From contig CAWIIV010000016.1 in assembly GCA_963836205.1 (NCBI GenBank), positions 1 through 41,532 on the forward strand: a DNA stretch of 41,532 nt, in the 5' to 3' direction. This DNA is from an uncultured Acidimicrobiia bacterium (GTDB lineage Bacteria > Actinomycetota > Acidimicrobiia > Acidimicrobiales > AC-14). The translations under genes and the position numbers were made by a program. Of the stretch, positions 1-9,988 are shown piece by piece. Under the pieces are notes generated by a model. It saw only the letters and a list, made by a program, of their open reading frames with translations. It ran no database searches and was not told the origin of the DNA. Every line of letters begins with the position of its first letter. Position 1 is the first letter of the stretch.

Positions 1-247
1 CCAGGGTGGGGTGGCTCTCGCGCAGCAGCCGGGCGGCTTGGATGCCCTCGTCGGAGAAGCCGGGCGGCATGCGGATGTCGGTGAGGACCACGTCGGGTTG
101 GTGGGCGTCGACCGCCTCGAGCAGTTTGGGCAGCGAGGAGCACGCGGCCAGCGCGTCGACCTGGCCGGAGATGGCGAGCAGGCTGCACAAACCCTGCCGC
201 ACGAGGAGGTTGTCCTCCGCCAGCACCGCCCGCAACCGCTCGCCCAT
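1..247 (-). CDS. NarL/LuxR-family response regulator, N-terminal receiver domain (runs off the window edge)
   Basis: Not in the ORF track. Manual translation from ATG at 247 gives MGERLRAVLAEDNLLVRQGL...HQPDVVLTDIRMPPGFSDEGIQAARLLRESHP, with the receiver-domain ED pair and the phospho-Asp in DIRMP. Confidence 0.85.
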   Translation of the reverse strand, partial: MGERLRAVLAEDNLLVRQGLCSLLAISGQVDALAACSSLPKLLEAVDAHQPDVVLTDIRMPPGFSDEGIQAARLLRESHPTL

Positions 248-494
248 GCCAGACGCATGATGGCACCGGACCCGGCCGTCGGCTTCATCCCGGGGCCGGG
301 GAGGTTCGGTGGCCGCGGCGGGTCCGCAACTCGACGCTCTCCGACGAGGCTGCCCTGTTGGCGCCGATGCGTTCGACCCTTCTCGTCCACCGGCGGATGC
401 TTCTTCTCCTGCGTGACGGAGAACGAGGCGGAGAGCAAATCAAATCGCCGGATATGCGAGCGGGGAATAGGCCGACGTCGAGTTCCGTGACGCC

Positions 495-539
495 ACAAAA
501 GGAAACCGGCCGGAGAGACCTCGTCGTCTCTCCGGCCGG
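495..539 (-). terminator. Intrinsic terminator downstream of the Calx-beta gene
   Basis: 14-bp stem CCGGCCGGAGAGAC (506-519) / GTCTCTCCGGCCGG (526-539), followed on the minus strand by TTTCCTTTTG. Confidence 0.8.
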
Positions 540-568
540 CTGGTGTTGCCCGGCTGTGCAGGGTTGGA

Positions 569-1042
569 TCACCCAGGAGTCGGGGACCCGTCCAGGATCG
601 TCATGAGCCCGACCTTGTCGGGGAGGGTGGCACCGAAGGGGGCGTTGGAATTCACAGCCACGATCTCCGGCTGCTCGACCCAGGGGTCGTCGAGGATGGT
701 GACGGGGAGCGTCCTGATGGTGGAGTTGGGCGGGAAGACCACGAAACCGGAGGTTCCCTTGTAGTCGTGGGCCTGGGTGGCCGTGATGCCCTGGGTGGCG
801 TAGTGCACGGTCACCTGCCAGCAGGCGGGCCTGGACAGGCGCACGGTCATCTGCTCGACACCGAGGTCCTCGTAGGTCACGATATCGACGGGGATGATGC
901 TCGGCGTGGGCCCGGGGATGCACAGGTCGTCGAGGCCGGCGTGGGCGGGGGCGACGCTCGCGCCGAGCATGGTTGCAGTCGCCAGGGCGGCCGCTGCCAG
1001 TCCGAGCCGGGATGCACGCTTGATGGTCGCGTTCTTGCTCAT
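569..1042 (-). CDS. Secreted single Calx-beta domain protein (157 aa)
   Basis: ATG at 1042 with an AAGAGGAAAG RBS. Signal peptide ends in APAHA. TVRLSRP..VTVHYAT..TAT...DY..TSG.VVFPP....TLPVTILDD..VE is the Calx-beta pattern. Confidence 0.8.
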   Translation of the reverse strand: MSKNATIKRASRLGLAAAALATATMLGASVAPAHAGLDDLCIPGPTPSIIPVDIVTYEDLGVEQMTVRLSRPACWQVTVHYATQGITATQAHDYKGTSGFVVFPPNSTIRTLPVTILDDPWVEQPEIVAVNSNAPFGATLPDKVGLMTILDGSPTPG

Positions 1043-1232
1043 TGTCGGTTCTTTCCTCTTGTCCTTTTTTGGCCACCTCGCTTTGTCGGCGGCTGTTGTC
1101 AAGGAGAGAATTGTCTTTTCCGGCATTTCCGACAATGGTGCAGACCGCATACTTCGGTAGAGCTGACAGCCCTTCGCCTACCCTTACCCGAGGGGTCGGG
1201 TCGGGCGGTGAGGTGTCGCTCCTCCCCGCTAC

Positions 1233-1273
1233 CCAAGCTGCTCGGGCCAAGCTGCTCGGGTCAAGCTGCTGGG
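1233..1273. repeat. Three tandem copies of a 14-bp unit (CCAAGCTGCTCGGG; third copy degenerate)
   Basis: Copies at 1233-1246, 1247-1260 and 1261-1273, directly after the stop of the giant CDS. Confidence 0.85.
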
Positions 1274-4200
1274 CTAGAGCTCGACCTCGTCGGCGTAGAC
1301 CAGGCGGCGTTCCCAGACGGGTGGCAGGCGGCCTCGCGTGGGGCCGAGGGTGAAGGGGTCGCCGGGCAGCATCTCCCACTCCTCCACCGTCACCCGCCAG
1401 TCGGGGTTCGACCCGGGTCGGCCGAGGGGGATCGTCTCCGGCGCCTCCAGGGCGCCCACCCACGCGACCTCGAAGTCGGGTGAGCCTTCGCCCCTTCCCC
1501 TGACCGTGAGCTCGCCGGCCGCCACCGTCTCCCAGCCCAGGTCGGTGGGGATCGTGGGATCACGCCGTTGCAGCCGGGCCACGACCTGGTGGTTGGGGGC
1601 GACCAGCGCGGCCAGGGTGTCGACCGAATCGGGGAACCGCTTCGAGCGCACCCCGATCGGTCCGCTGACCACGACCCGCACGTGGCGGTCGTCGGTGCGG
1701 CTCACGCTCGTGGTGCGGGTCGGCGCCAGCTGCACGAAGTCGCAGCGGACGGGGGCCGACAGGTGGCAGGTGTCGAGGCTCTCCGGCTGGTAGCGGGCGA
1801 CGGCCAGTCGGACGAACGGCCAGTAGGTGTCGCCCGCGTCGATGGCGATGTCGACGTACCAGAGGTTGCGGTCGTGGTTGTACTGCGGCTTGTAGCCCGC
1901 CACCTGCACGTTCGGCGCGCCAGCGACAGCGGACAGGGGCAGGGTGCGGGCCTGGGTGACTGGGCGGGCCGGATGGTGACGGTCGTCGAAGGTGAGGCCG
2001 GCCATCAGGCTGTCGAGGAAGAGGGGCGTCATGGCCCGGTTGGGTACCGGGGCGCCCAGCCACGCCGGGTCGCCACCCCACTTGCTCACGAACGGGAAGC
2101 CGGACTGGTCGGGCGGCGGCGGTCCGAACGAGTCGTTGCCGTTGACGGCCAGCAGGACGCCCAGCAACTCGTCCTGGCCGGACGAGAACCACGGCCGCTC
2201 CATGTAGATGCGGACTCCGGCCCGCCGGACCCGGCGGCGGGCGAAGGGCTGCTCGGGCTCGATGCCGTCGGTCCAGCGGAACAGGGGCAGGACCGAGTGC
2301 ACCACCGGCGCCGCCGGCCGGGCGCTGCTCGGCACCGACACCTTCACCACCGGCCCGACCACGCTCCGGCCGTCGTCGCCGGGGACGGCCGGGTCGGGCG
2401 CCACCAGGTCGGGATGGAAGAACTCACGGAATCTGGTGGAGGCCCGGAACCGGTAGTCGACCCGCCGGTGGTGGGTGTCGCCGAACTGGTGCACCGCCCG
2501 GTGGCCCCGGACCTTGCCGAAGTTCTCGATCGTGGCTTCGACGTCGGTCGGCCAGAGGATGGCGAGGTCCTCGAAGGGCTGGACGGGCGAGGTGAACGCC
2601 ACCGCCTGCTGGGGATGCTCCTCGGGCCCGGTGAGCAGGGTCACGTCGTCGACCGGCTCCACCCACGCGGCCTCGGCGGTGAGGCTGTCGGTGCTCGGGC
2701 CGTGGAGGTCGACAGCCCCGATGAGCGTGCACTCGGTGGAGCCGAGCTGGCGGGACGGGGTGACGACCGTGGGGCGGGGCGCCTCCAGGGGGCGGGGGAC
2801 GGCGTGGATGAGGATCACGTTCTCGTAGGGGGTGAGGGCCCACAGCCAACCGTCGACGGCGGCCTCGACCACGTCGGGATCCGACCGCACCGTCGCCGGG
2901 AGGTTGCGCCACGGCCCCATGAGGTCGAGATCGGGCCTGGTCAGGGAGCTGGCGAGGCGGAATCGGAGCTGGTCGCCGGGCGGGAGATCGATCGTGATCA
3001 CGGTCCCGTCGACCCGGCCCGACAGCTCGGCCGCCCCCGCGAGCACGAGTCGGAACGGTTCGATCTCGGGCCAGGCGTCGCTGCCGCCGTAGGTGGCGGT
3101 GCACCCCTCGCCCCCGAACGGGAACGGGATGCGGCGGTCGGTGCCGGCGTCGGGGAAGGCGAGGGAAACACCTCGGGCGAGGGTGTCGGGCAGGTAGGGC
3201 AGCCGGAGCTGGGGCGTGTCGTGGACGACGTACTGGCCGGGCGCGGGCGCGTCTCCCGGGGCCAGGGGAAGGGTCTTCGGGTCGACCTGGGGCGGCCCCG
3301 GGCTGGTTTCGAGCCGGACTCCCGGCTGTGGGACGGTGGTGGTCGGGTCGGTGAGGTCGACGACGTCGAGGTCGAAGAACGTTCCCGCTTCCCGCATCGC
3401 CACCGCCAGCAGGCGAACGTGGTCGGCGGGGTTGACGGACCCGATGGCGTCGTCGAACGCGCCGTGCAACTCAGCCTGGAACTGGCTGGTCTTGGGCGGC
3501 GCCAGGTGTCGCTCGTTGACGTCGCCATAGCCCAGGTCGAGCGCGGGATGGGCGGCGGCCGCGGCGGCGGCGTACTCGTCGGGTGGGGTGACGGTGAGAG
3601 CGAGCGTGGCCGGGTCCTGGGCGACGCCCGACCGCACGACCAGCACCCGCAGCGACTCGCCCTCGGTGAACCGCCGGAGGGGGACGATGGCGGGGCTGGG
3701 CACCGGGTCCCAGCGCAGGAAGGGCCGCAGGGGGGTGATGGTGGCGAGAGCGGCCTCCAGGTCGATCCCGGCCGCCGCCACCGGCCCCGGCACGTGGGGC
3801 AGGTGGCTGGACACCACCGGCGCCACCGCCTCCGGCCGGATGGCCACCGTCGACGCCACGAACGGCTGGCGGGGGTCGCCGACGGCCCGGGCGAAGGCCT
3901 GGGCCACGAGCGAGGACCGGTTCACGAACGACTGCCTGGGCGGTGCGTCCCCGCCCACTGCCCGCTCCGCCCGGCGGGCCCGCAGCCGCCCCGCCACCGA
4001 CGCGGCCGTGACGGAGGGATCGGCGAGCCGGACGTCGTCCGCCGCCAGCCCGGCCGCATCCGGGGCGCCGACGAGTCCGCCGGCGACGAACCGGTCGATG
4101 GTCATGCCGCCCACGTTCGGGCCCACGGCCACCCCGCCCAACCCGTCGGCGTCGTCCGTCGCCCCGGCACCCGCACCGGTCAGCCGGCGGGCCTCCAGCC

Positions 4201-6013
4201 CGGCATGGGTCTCGGCCCGCAGGTGGGCGACGCCCGGTACCACCAAGCCGGGTTCGACCGCGGGGTCGACCCCGGCGGTGGCCAGCCGGGCCGCGAGCAC
4301 CTGCTGCACGGAGGACGGCGCCGGTGCCGGGGGGTTGAGGCCGTGGGGGCGGACGTTGCCGGCCAGGTCGACGAGCCAGGCCCGGAAGGCGTACGACCGG
4401 CCGAACCGGAGCCTCGGCAGCGTCCGGGGAGCGACCGTGGCCGTGATGACCACGGGCGTGACCTCGTCGGGGGTGGCCGTGGGGTCCTCCACCACCTCGT
4501 CGCCGTCCTCGTGGCGCACCCGCTTCCCCGGCCTGGGCGCGGACAGGCTCCACCCTTCCCACCCGAACACGGCCTCGTGGACGTGGACCGGGCTGTCGGG
4601 AACCCCCGAGGTCTCGCTCGCCGGCGTCCCCTGGACGAACCCCTCCTCGGCGGCGTCGTCGATGACGGTGCCGACACCGTCGACCACCACGTCGATCAGG
4701 CGGGAGTGGAGGCTGAACCAGCGCCCGGCGGTGTCGTCCCACGCCTCCACCCGCATCCCCCGGGCCACGTCCTCGCTGCCCAGTCGGTGATCGCCTCCCG
4801 CCTCGACGACACCCAGCAGGTCGCGCTGGCGGGTCATTCGGGCCTGGACGTCGAGCGCCTGGAAGTTGCGGACGACGGTGAAGCCGGTGGAGCGTTGCGC
4901 CGGGGTGGCGGCGTCGACCGGGTTGCCGTTCTGCTCGATGGCCAGCAGGCGGGGCAGGGTCCACAGCCAGCGCTCCATCTTGAGGGCGGCCCCGTCGGCC
5001 TCCATGTCGAGGAGGGCGAACAGGTCGGCGTTGCCCACGGCCAGGAGTCCCTGGACCCACTCGGCGGTCTCCGGGATCGTGACCAGGTCGTCGCCGAAGG
5101 CGTGGCACGAGGTCTTGGTGGACAGGCAGGGGCCGTCGTCACCGTCGACGGTGAGCCGGGCCGAGAGCCACGACGACTGCCGCAGCCGGTCGGGATCGGC
5201 GACGACCAGGTCGACGACCAGGCCGAGGGCACGGAGGAGGGCCGGGTGGTCGCCGGCGAGCGTGCACCGCTCGTGGAAGTCGGGCTCGGGCCGCGGCGGC
5301 CTCGGGCTCTTGCGGCCGGGTACTGGACGTTCGTGATATTCCTGCTCCGACTCGGGCCGCTCGTAGAAGCGGCGGGCCCGGTGCAGCTCAAGCAGTATCC
5401 GCCGCAGCGGGTCGCGCTCGCCGGCGATGACTCGCTCGATGATCGCCAGCGACTCGCCGCCCTCGAGCAGGTTGTCGAAGTCCTCGGTGCCGATCGACTC
5501 GTCGTAGATCCGCCGCCGCCCGCCGGCGGTGACGACCCAGCGGTACCACTCCGCAGTGAGGCCGGTCATCATCTTCACGAGGGGGTGGACGCCGGGGGCG
5601 GGCGGCGTGGTCGGGTCGGTGAACACGCTGGTGGCCTGGGCCGCCTTGGCCCAGTCGTGCACCTCCGCGGCCCGGAAGGTGCGCCACAGGCGGCGGTCCC
5701 ACTCCGGTAGGGGCTGGCCTCGCACCGGGGTGCGCTCGGGGAAGGCGGCGTCCCACACGTCGGGCCGCACCGCCGCCAGCAGGGGCTCGCAGTCGATCAC
5801 CCCGCCCTGGTCACGCAGCTCGATGGTGGTGTCGTCGGTCAGCGTCGTGGCCCAGCGGCGGAACAGGCGGTATTCGCGCAGCTCCTCCCCCGCCCCTGGG
5901 GGCGAGCCCGGTGTGAGCCGGGGCGAGATGAACAGCGACACGTGGAACTCGGCTCCCCGCCGGCAGGAGTGCGGCAGGGCGCAGACGGTGAAGACCTCGC
6001 CGGGCACCGTCAC
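1274..6013 (-). CDS. Giant hypothetical protein B (1579 aa), beta-rich, no signal peptide
   Basis: Real C-terminal part of ORF 1274..8914. The GTG start at 6013 overlaps the upstream TGA (GTGA). From there the composition is protein-like, with blocks such as LRFGRSYAFRAWLVDLAGN, VRIYMERPWFSSG and WPFVRLAVARYQP. Confidence 0.85.
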   Translation of the reverse strand: MTVPGEVFTVCALPHSCRRGAEFHVSLFISPRLTPGSPPGAGEELREYRLFRRWATTLTDDTTIELRDQGGVIDCEPLLAAVRPDVWDAAFPERTPVRGQPLPEWDRRLWRTFRAAEVHDWAKAAQATSVFTDPTTPPAPGVHPLVKMMTGLTAEWYRWVVTAGGRRRIYDESIGTEDFDNLLEGGESLAIIERVIAGERDPLRRILLELHRARRFYERPESEQEYHERPVPGRKSPRPPRPEPDFHERCTLAGDHPALLRALGLVVDLVVADPDRLRQSSWLSARLTVDGDDGPCLSTKTSCHAFGDDLVTIPETAEWVQGLLAVGNADLFALLDMEADGAALKMERWLWTLPRLLAIEQNGNPVDAATPAQRSTGFTVVRNFQALDVQARMTRQRDLLGVVEAGGDHRLGSEDVARGMRVEAWDDTAGRWFSLHSRLIDVVVDGVGTVIDDAAEEGFVQGTPASETSGVPDSPVHVHEAVFGWEGWSLSAPRPGKRVRHEDGDEVVEDPTATPDEVTPVVITATVAPRTLPRLRFGRSYAFRAWLVDLAGNVRPHGLNPPAPAPSSVQQVLAARLATAGVDPAVEPGLVVPGVAHLRAETHAGLEARRLTGAGAGATDDADGLGGVAVGPNVGGMTIDRFVAGGLVGAPDAAGLAADDVRLADPSVTAASVAGRLRARRAERAVGGDAPPRQSFVNRSSLVAQAFARAVGDPRQPFVASTVAIRPEAVAPVVSSHLPHVPGPVAAAGIDLEAALATITPLRPFLRWDPVPSPAIVPLRRFTEGESLRVLVVRSGVAQDPATLALTVTPPDEYAAAAAAAHPALDLGYGDVNERHLAPPKTSQFQAELHGAFDDAIGSVNPADHVRLLAVAMREAGTFFDLDVVDLTDPTTTVPQPGVRLETSPGPPQVDPKTLPLAPGDAPAPGQYVVHDTPQLRLPYLPDTLARGVSLAFPDAGTDRRIPFPFGGEGCTATYGGSDAWPEIEPFRLVLAGAAELSGRVDGTVITIDLPPGDQLRFRLASSLTRPDLDLMGPWRNLPATVRSDPDVVEAAVDGWLWALTPYENVILIHAVPRPLEAPRPTVVTPSRQLGSTECTLIGAVDLHGPSTDSLTAEAAWVEPVDDVTLLTGPEEHPQQAVAFTSPVQPFEDLAILWPTDVEATIENFGKVRGHRAVHQFGDTHHRRVDYRFRASTRFREFFHPDLVAPDPAVPGDDGRSVVGPVVKVSVPSSARPAAPVVHSVLPLFRWTDGIEPEQPFARRRVRRAGVRIYMERPWFSSGQDELLGVLLAVNGNDSFGPPPPDQSGFPFVSKWGGDPAWLGAPVPNRAMTPLFLDSLMAGLTFDDRHHPARPVTQARTLPLSAVAGAPNVQVAGYKPQYNHDRNLWYVDIAIDAGDTYWPFVRLAVARYQPESLDTCHLSAPVRCDFVQLAPTRTTSVSRTDDRHVRVVVSGPIGVRSKRFPDSVDTLAALVAPNHQVVARLQRRDPTIPTDLGWETVAAGELTVRGRGEGSPDFEVAWVGALEAPETIPLGRPGSNPDWRVTVEEWEMLPGDPFTLGPTRGRLPPVWERRLVYADEVEL

Positions 6014-9000
6014 GCCTCCGCGAAGGCCAGGCAGTAGTCGGACCAGGGCGCGGACTGGCCGTTCTGCACGTCCATGACCTGGGCGAAGGTGGGGTCGCCG
6101 TTCGACCCCGCCAGCTTGCGCTCGACCTCGATCTTGACCGATCCGGAGAACACGAACACCTTGATCTGGACGGTGAGGCTGGCCTTGCCCACCATCTTGC
6201 CGGTGTCGAACTCGTAGCGCAGCTCCAGGTAGAGCTCGATCGACGCCGAGATGAGGCCGAGCACGTCGACCTCGCCCCGGATGCGCACGTAGCCGGTGAG
6301 CGAGCCCCTGGGCCCCTCCAGCCGCATGTAGATCCCGACCATGATCGACACCGACCCGGAGGCCACGCCCAGGTCGACGGCGAGGCACGCCCCCGCCTCG
6401 AGCCCCAGCTCCATGACGTCGAGGCCGTCGGGAGAGATGCGGATCCCGAACCAGCCCCCACCGCCGATCGCCATCACCGTGAGGGTGAAGGGCCGCTCCC
6501 GGGTGCAGAAGTTGAACCCGACGGTGACGGTCTTGCCCAGGAAGGGCACGTTGACGTCGGCGCCCAGGGAGATGTTGGCGAGGGTGAACACGCCGATGGC
6601 CACGCTCGGGAGGGTGAGCGTGAAGCCGGCGGTGACCCCCGCCGGGGAGACGTCGAGGAACGGCGGGTCGGAGAACCCGTCGAACGGGATCAGGTCCTTC
6701 AGCGTCTCCACGAAGGCGAGGACGCCGACGAACTCGATCTCGTGCATGACCACGTCGACATCGGGCTTGCCCGCGCTGCCCGACCGGAACGAGAGGTGGT
6801 CGAACGGGATGCGGATGAGGGGCGCGCCCGGCAGGAGGTGGAGGGTGAAGTCCTTCAGCTCGGCCAGGATCTCGACGCCGACCTCGCCCTTGCCGCTGAC
6901 CCGTCCCTCCACGGCCAGGACCAGGCTGTCGACCTTCACCTCGACGATCGGCGACGTGATCGAACCGAAGGGATGGGCGGGCGACGGCCACGACTGGAGC
7001 TTCGGCTTCCACTCGAAGCGGAAGTGGGACTCGACGCCCGACTGGGCCAGCCCGTTGACCAGCCGGGCCAGGTCGGTGACCAGGTCGGCGGCGGCGAGCA
7101 CCTGGCGGAGCACCTTGGCCAGGGCGGTGAGCTGGTTGCTGATGAGCGGCGGCAGGGTGGGCGCGGCCTGCTCCAGCTTGCCGACCGCGGCCTCGAGGGC
7201 GGTGATCGGCGCGGCCACGGCCGCCGCCACCGCGGCCTCGGTCTGGCCCACCAGGGTGGGCAGGACGCTCATGAACCCGTCGACCGCACCCTCCACCGCG
7301 GTCTTGGCCTGCTGGGCCTTGGCCAGCGCGTCCTGGGCCGCGTTCTGCAGCTCGGCCGTCTTGGACGCGGCCCGGGCCACCAGCTTGTTGGCCTCCGAGA
7401 CCGCCTCGGCTGCCTGCTGCTTGGCCCGCTGCAGGTCGGCGACGAAACCCTCGGCCCGGTCGAGCGCCTCGTTGACCAGGCTGGGCGCCACCCCTCCCAC
7501 CGCGTCGAGCAGGTCGAGCAGGTCGACGAGCCCGAACAGCTTGGGCACCGCCCCCTTCAGGAACTCCTTGGGGTCGAACTTCTGGGTGGCCATGCCGGCC
7601 ACGTCGCCGACCGTGCCCGTGAGCCGGGAGAGGCCGGCGACGGGCTGGTCGGGCGACAGGAACCCGCCCGAACGGTCGCTGCCGGCCGGTGCACCGTTGC
7701 CGAACTTGACGACAGGGAGGGCGGCCACCTCGTCGTTGGGGAGCTGCTTGAGGGCGTCGGACGTGACCGTCGCGGCCCAGACCTGGCCGGGATTGCCGGC
7801 GCCGGTGAACCCGAAGTCGAGGTACGGCTTGGCGTAGGCCACGGGCACCGGACCGACACCCGAGATCCGCTCCACCGCCGGCAGCCTCACCCGGGCCTGG
7901 GTCATCCGGGGGGTCGACGTGGCCGGCGGCGCGTGGGCGGTGCCCATGAGGGAGACCGACACGGTGTCGTTGGTGGTGTCGCCACCCTTGATGACCGGGG
8001 CGAACGCGATCTGCTGGCCGTTGGCGGGCACCTTCCGGTGTACGGACGCGGCGTACACGTCCTCCACCGCCTTGCGGTTGGCGGCCTTGGCCGTGAAGTG
8101 CTCGGCCACCCACAGCAGGGGTGTCGGCAGCTTCACGTGGCGGTGCTCGTGGTCGGCGCAATGGAGCACGAAGGGGAAGTCGGCACCGCCCACCCGGGGC
8201 CAGAAGAAGCTGTTCTGGAGGTTGCCGGGGTCGTCGAGCGTGGGGGTGACGAGCGGCGCCACCCGGATGGCGGTGAAGGGAAGGTTGTGCTGGTCGGCGT
8301 AGGTGAGCAGCGGCCGGCCGATGACCAGGAACTTGCGCTGGTACAGGCCCGCCACCGACGGGCTGACGTCCTTCATCTTGCGCTCGGTGAGCTTCACCAG
8401 GGCTGCCTGGTGGCCGCAGGGGAACAGGAACCCGGGGTAGACGACCCGCACGTACTGGTCGCGGCCGGCGGGGGCCTCGTGGTCCCAGGACAGGATCGAG
8501 GCGATGCTCGCGGCCGAGTAGGGCCCGGTGGTCCAGTCGCCATGGAGGTCGAGCCAGGCGCCCAGGGCCGACAGCCACAGCTCGCGGGCCTCGACGGGCT
8601 CGGGCGTCAGCAGCTTGCCGGCCTGGCCCACCCAGGTCTCGGCCGTCTGGCGCACGAGCATGTGGCGGTCGGCCCCGTCGAGCGACATGCGGAACGGGAA
8701 CTGGTTGTGCTCGGCCTCCTTGAGCGTTTGCCACGCGCCCATGCCCTCCCGGTCGCGGGCCCAGACGGCACGCACCGTGCGCTGGGCGTCCGACCTCTCG
8801 TCGACCGCGACGGTGCCGTCGGCGCGCTCCTCCCGTATGCCCATGCGGGTGTGCCACAGCTCGACGTGGCCGGGGGCATCGGCGGCGCGCACCGGGTCCG
8901 CGGCATGGGCCCACCCGGCCAGGCGGCTGGGCGAGATGACGAGGCGGAAGGGGGCCTCGAGCGCGGTCTCCCCCGGCTCGGGGGGACGGCTGAGCGTCGG

Positions 9001-9864
9001 CCGGGGCCGGGGCCGGGGGCGGACGATGATCGGCGGCAGCACCACGTCGGCGAGGGAGCCGAGGTCGACGGTGCGGCCGGCGACGGTGCCGGTGGTGGTG
9101 GTGAGCAGGGCCCGCACCCGGCGCAGGTCGCGGGTGGTGGCGAGGAAGCTGTCGACGTCGGCCATCCGGGGTGGACGCATGACGCCGGTGGCCCGGGAGA
9201 AGACCGGACCCCGGTCGGAGATCACGGCCGCCAGTCCCCCGGGCAGCTGCAGGATCGGACCGACGCCCGGCCCGACCGCTGGCGGCGTGGTCGGGGCGGG
9301 GGTGGCGAGGGGGTGGACGACCAGCTGGAGGCGGCCGAGGGCGGCGAGGAGGCCGGCGGTGGAGAATTCGATGCTCTCGCCCTCGGGCATGTCGAACACC
9401 AGCCGGCTGGTCTTGGCCGGGAGGACCTGCACCGGCGGGACGGTGCGGGCGTCCTCCCCGTTCACGGGGTCGGCGGGGTCGGGCGCGGGGTCGGGGATCT
9501 CACTGCCGGTCTCGCCGGGGACCGCGGGCGGGAAGGGGAGCGGTTTGGGCGCCAGGCCCTCGTAGATGGCCTCCTCGGCCAGGTGCTGGTAGGCGAACCG
9601 GACAACCAGCCGGGCCGTCGCCCCGGCCACCGGGCGGAGGACGGGCGCGTCGGCCGACGACACCAACTCGCAGCCGGTGGCGGTGAACGAGAGGGCGACG
9701 AGGTCGGCCGGCCGGACGACGTCGACAGTGATGGCGGAAGCGTCCGCCTCGACTCCCGCCGCCCCCTCGCCGGGCGCCGCCCCGACCGCCCCCGCCTCGA
9801 CCAGTCCGGATCCCGGAACGAGGCGCCAACCCGCGGCGAACCGATCGGCACTGACCGCCAGCAC
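6010..9864 (-). CDS. Giant hypothetical protein A (1284 aa) with a central Ala/Gln helical segment and a Gly-rich beta-strand C-terminus
   Basis: Long ORF with normal composition. AAAGAGG RBS lies just upstream of GTG 9864. Its stop overlaps the start of protein B. Confidence 0.85.
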   Translation of the reverse strand: MLAVSADRFAAGWRLVPGSGLVEAGAVGAAPGEGAAGVEADASAITVDVVRPADLVALSFTATGCELVSSADAPVLRPVAGATARLVVRFAYQHLAEEAIYEGLAPKPLPFPPAVPGETGSEIPDPAPDPADPVNGEDARTVPPVQVLPAKTSRLVFDMPEGESIEFSTAGLLAALGRLQLVVHPLATPAPTTPPAVGPGVGPILQLPGGLAAVISDRGPVFSRATGVMRPPRMADVDSFLATTRDLRRVRALLTTTTGTVAGRTVDLGSLADVVLPPIIVRPRPRPRPTLSRPPEPGETALEAPFRLVISPSRLAGWAHAADPVRAADAPGHVELWHTRMGIREERADGTVAVDERSDAQRTVRAVWARDREGMGAWQTLKEAEHNQFPFRMSLDGADRHMLVRQTAETWVGQAGKLLTPEPVEARELWLSALGAWLDLHGDWTTGPYSAASIASILSWDHEAPAGRDQYVRVVYPGFLFPCGHQAALVKLTERKMKDVSPSVAGLYQRKFLVIGRPLLTYADQHNLPFTAIRVAPLVTPTLDDPGNLQNSFFWPRVGGADFPFVLHCADHEHRHVKLPTPLLWVAEHFTAKAANRKAVEDVYAASVHRKVPANGQQIAFAPVIKGGDTTNDTVSVSLMGTAHAPPATSTPRMTQARVRLPAVERISGVGPVPVAYAKPYLDFGFTGAGNPGQVWAATVTSDALKQLPNDEVAALPVVKFGNGAPAGSDRSGGFLSPDQPVAGLSRLTGTVGDVAGMATQKFDPKEFLKGAVPKLFGLVDLLDLLDAVGGVAPSLVNEALDRAEGFVADLQRAKQQAAEAVSEANKLVARAASKTAELQNAAQDALAKAQQAKTAVEGAVDGFMSVLPTLVGQTEAAVAAAVAAPITALEAAVGKLEQAAPTLPPLISNQLTALAKVLRQVLAAADLVTDLARLVNGLAQSGVESHFRFEWKPKLQSWPSPAHPFGSITSPIVEVKVDSLVLAVEGRVSGKGEVGVEILAELKDFTLHLLPGAPLIRIPFDHLSFRSGSAGKPDVDVVMHEIEFVGVLAFVETLKDLIPFDGFSDPPFLDVSPAGVTAGFTLTLPSVAIGVFTLANISLGADVNVPFLGKTVTVGFNFCTRERPFTLTVMAIGGGGWFGIRISPDGLDVMELGLEAGACLAVDLGVASGSVSIMVGIYMRLEGPRGSLTGYVRIRGEVDVLGLISASIELYLELRYEFDTGKMVGKASLTVQIKVFVFSGSVKIEVERKLAGSNGDPTFAQVMDVQNGQSAPWSDYCLAFAEA

Positions 9865-9988
9865 CGTCGCCCTCTTTCGCCGCCTCGTCGCAGCCGTGGC
9901 GCCCCCCTTATGCCGGGTTCGCCCAAACGATAACGAACGCCGCCGACATCGGGTAGGTCAGACCCGCAATTCTGATCCGCTACGGCAC

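Noticed and set aside
1274-8914. 2546-aa ORF as a single protein
   Set aside because: The first 967 codons are an Arg/Gly/Pro-rich off-frame reading overlapping the real 6010..9864 gene. Protein-like sequence begins at GTG 6013.
1568-9933. Long plus-strand ORFs (1568..5710, 6742..9933 and similar ones elsewhere)
   Set aside because: Antisense shadows of high-GC genes, with no motifs or RBS support.
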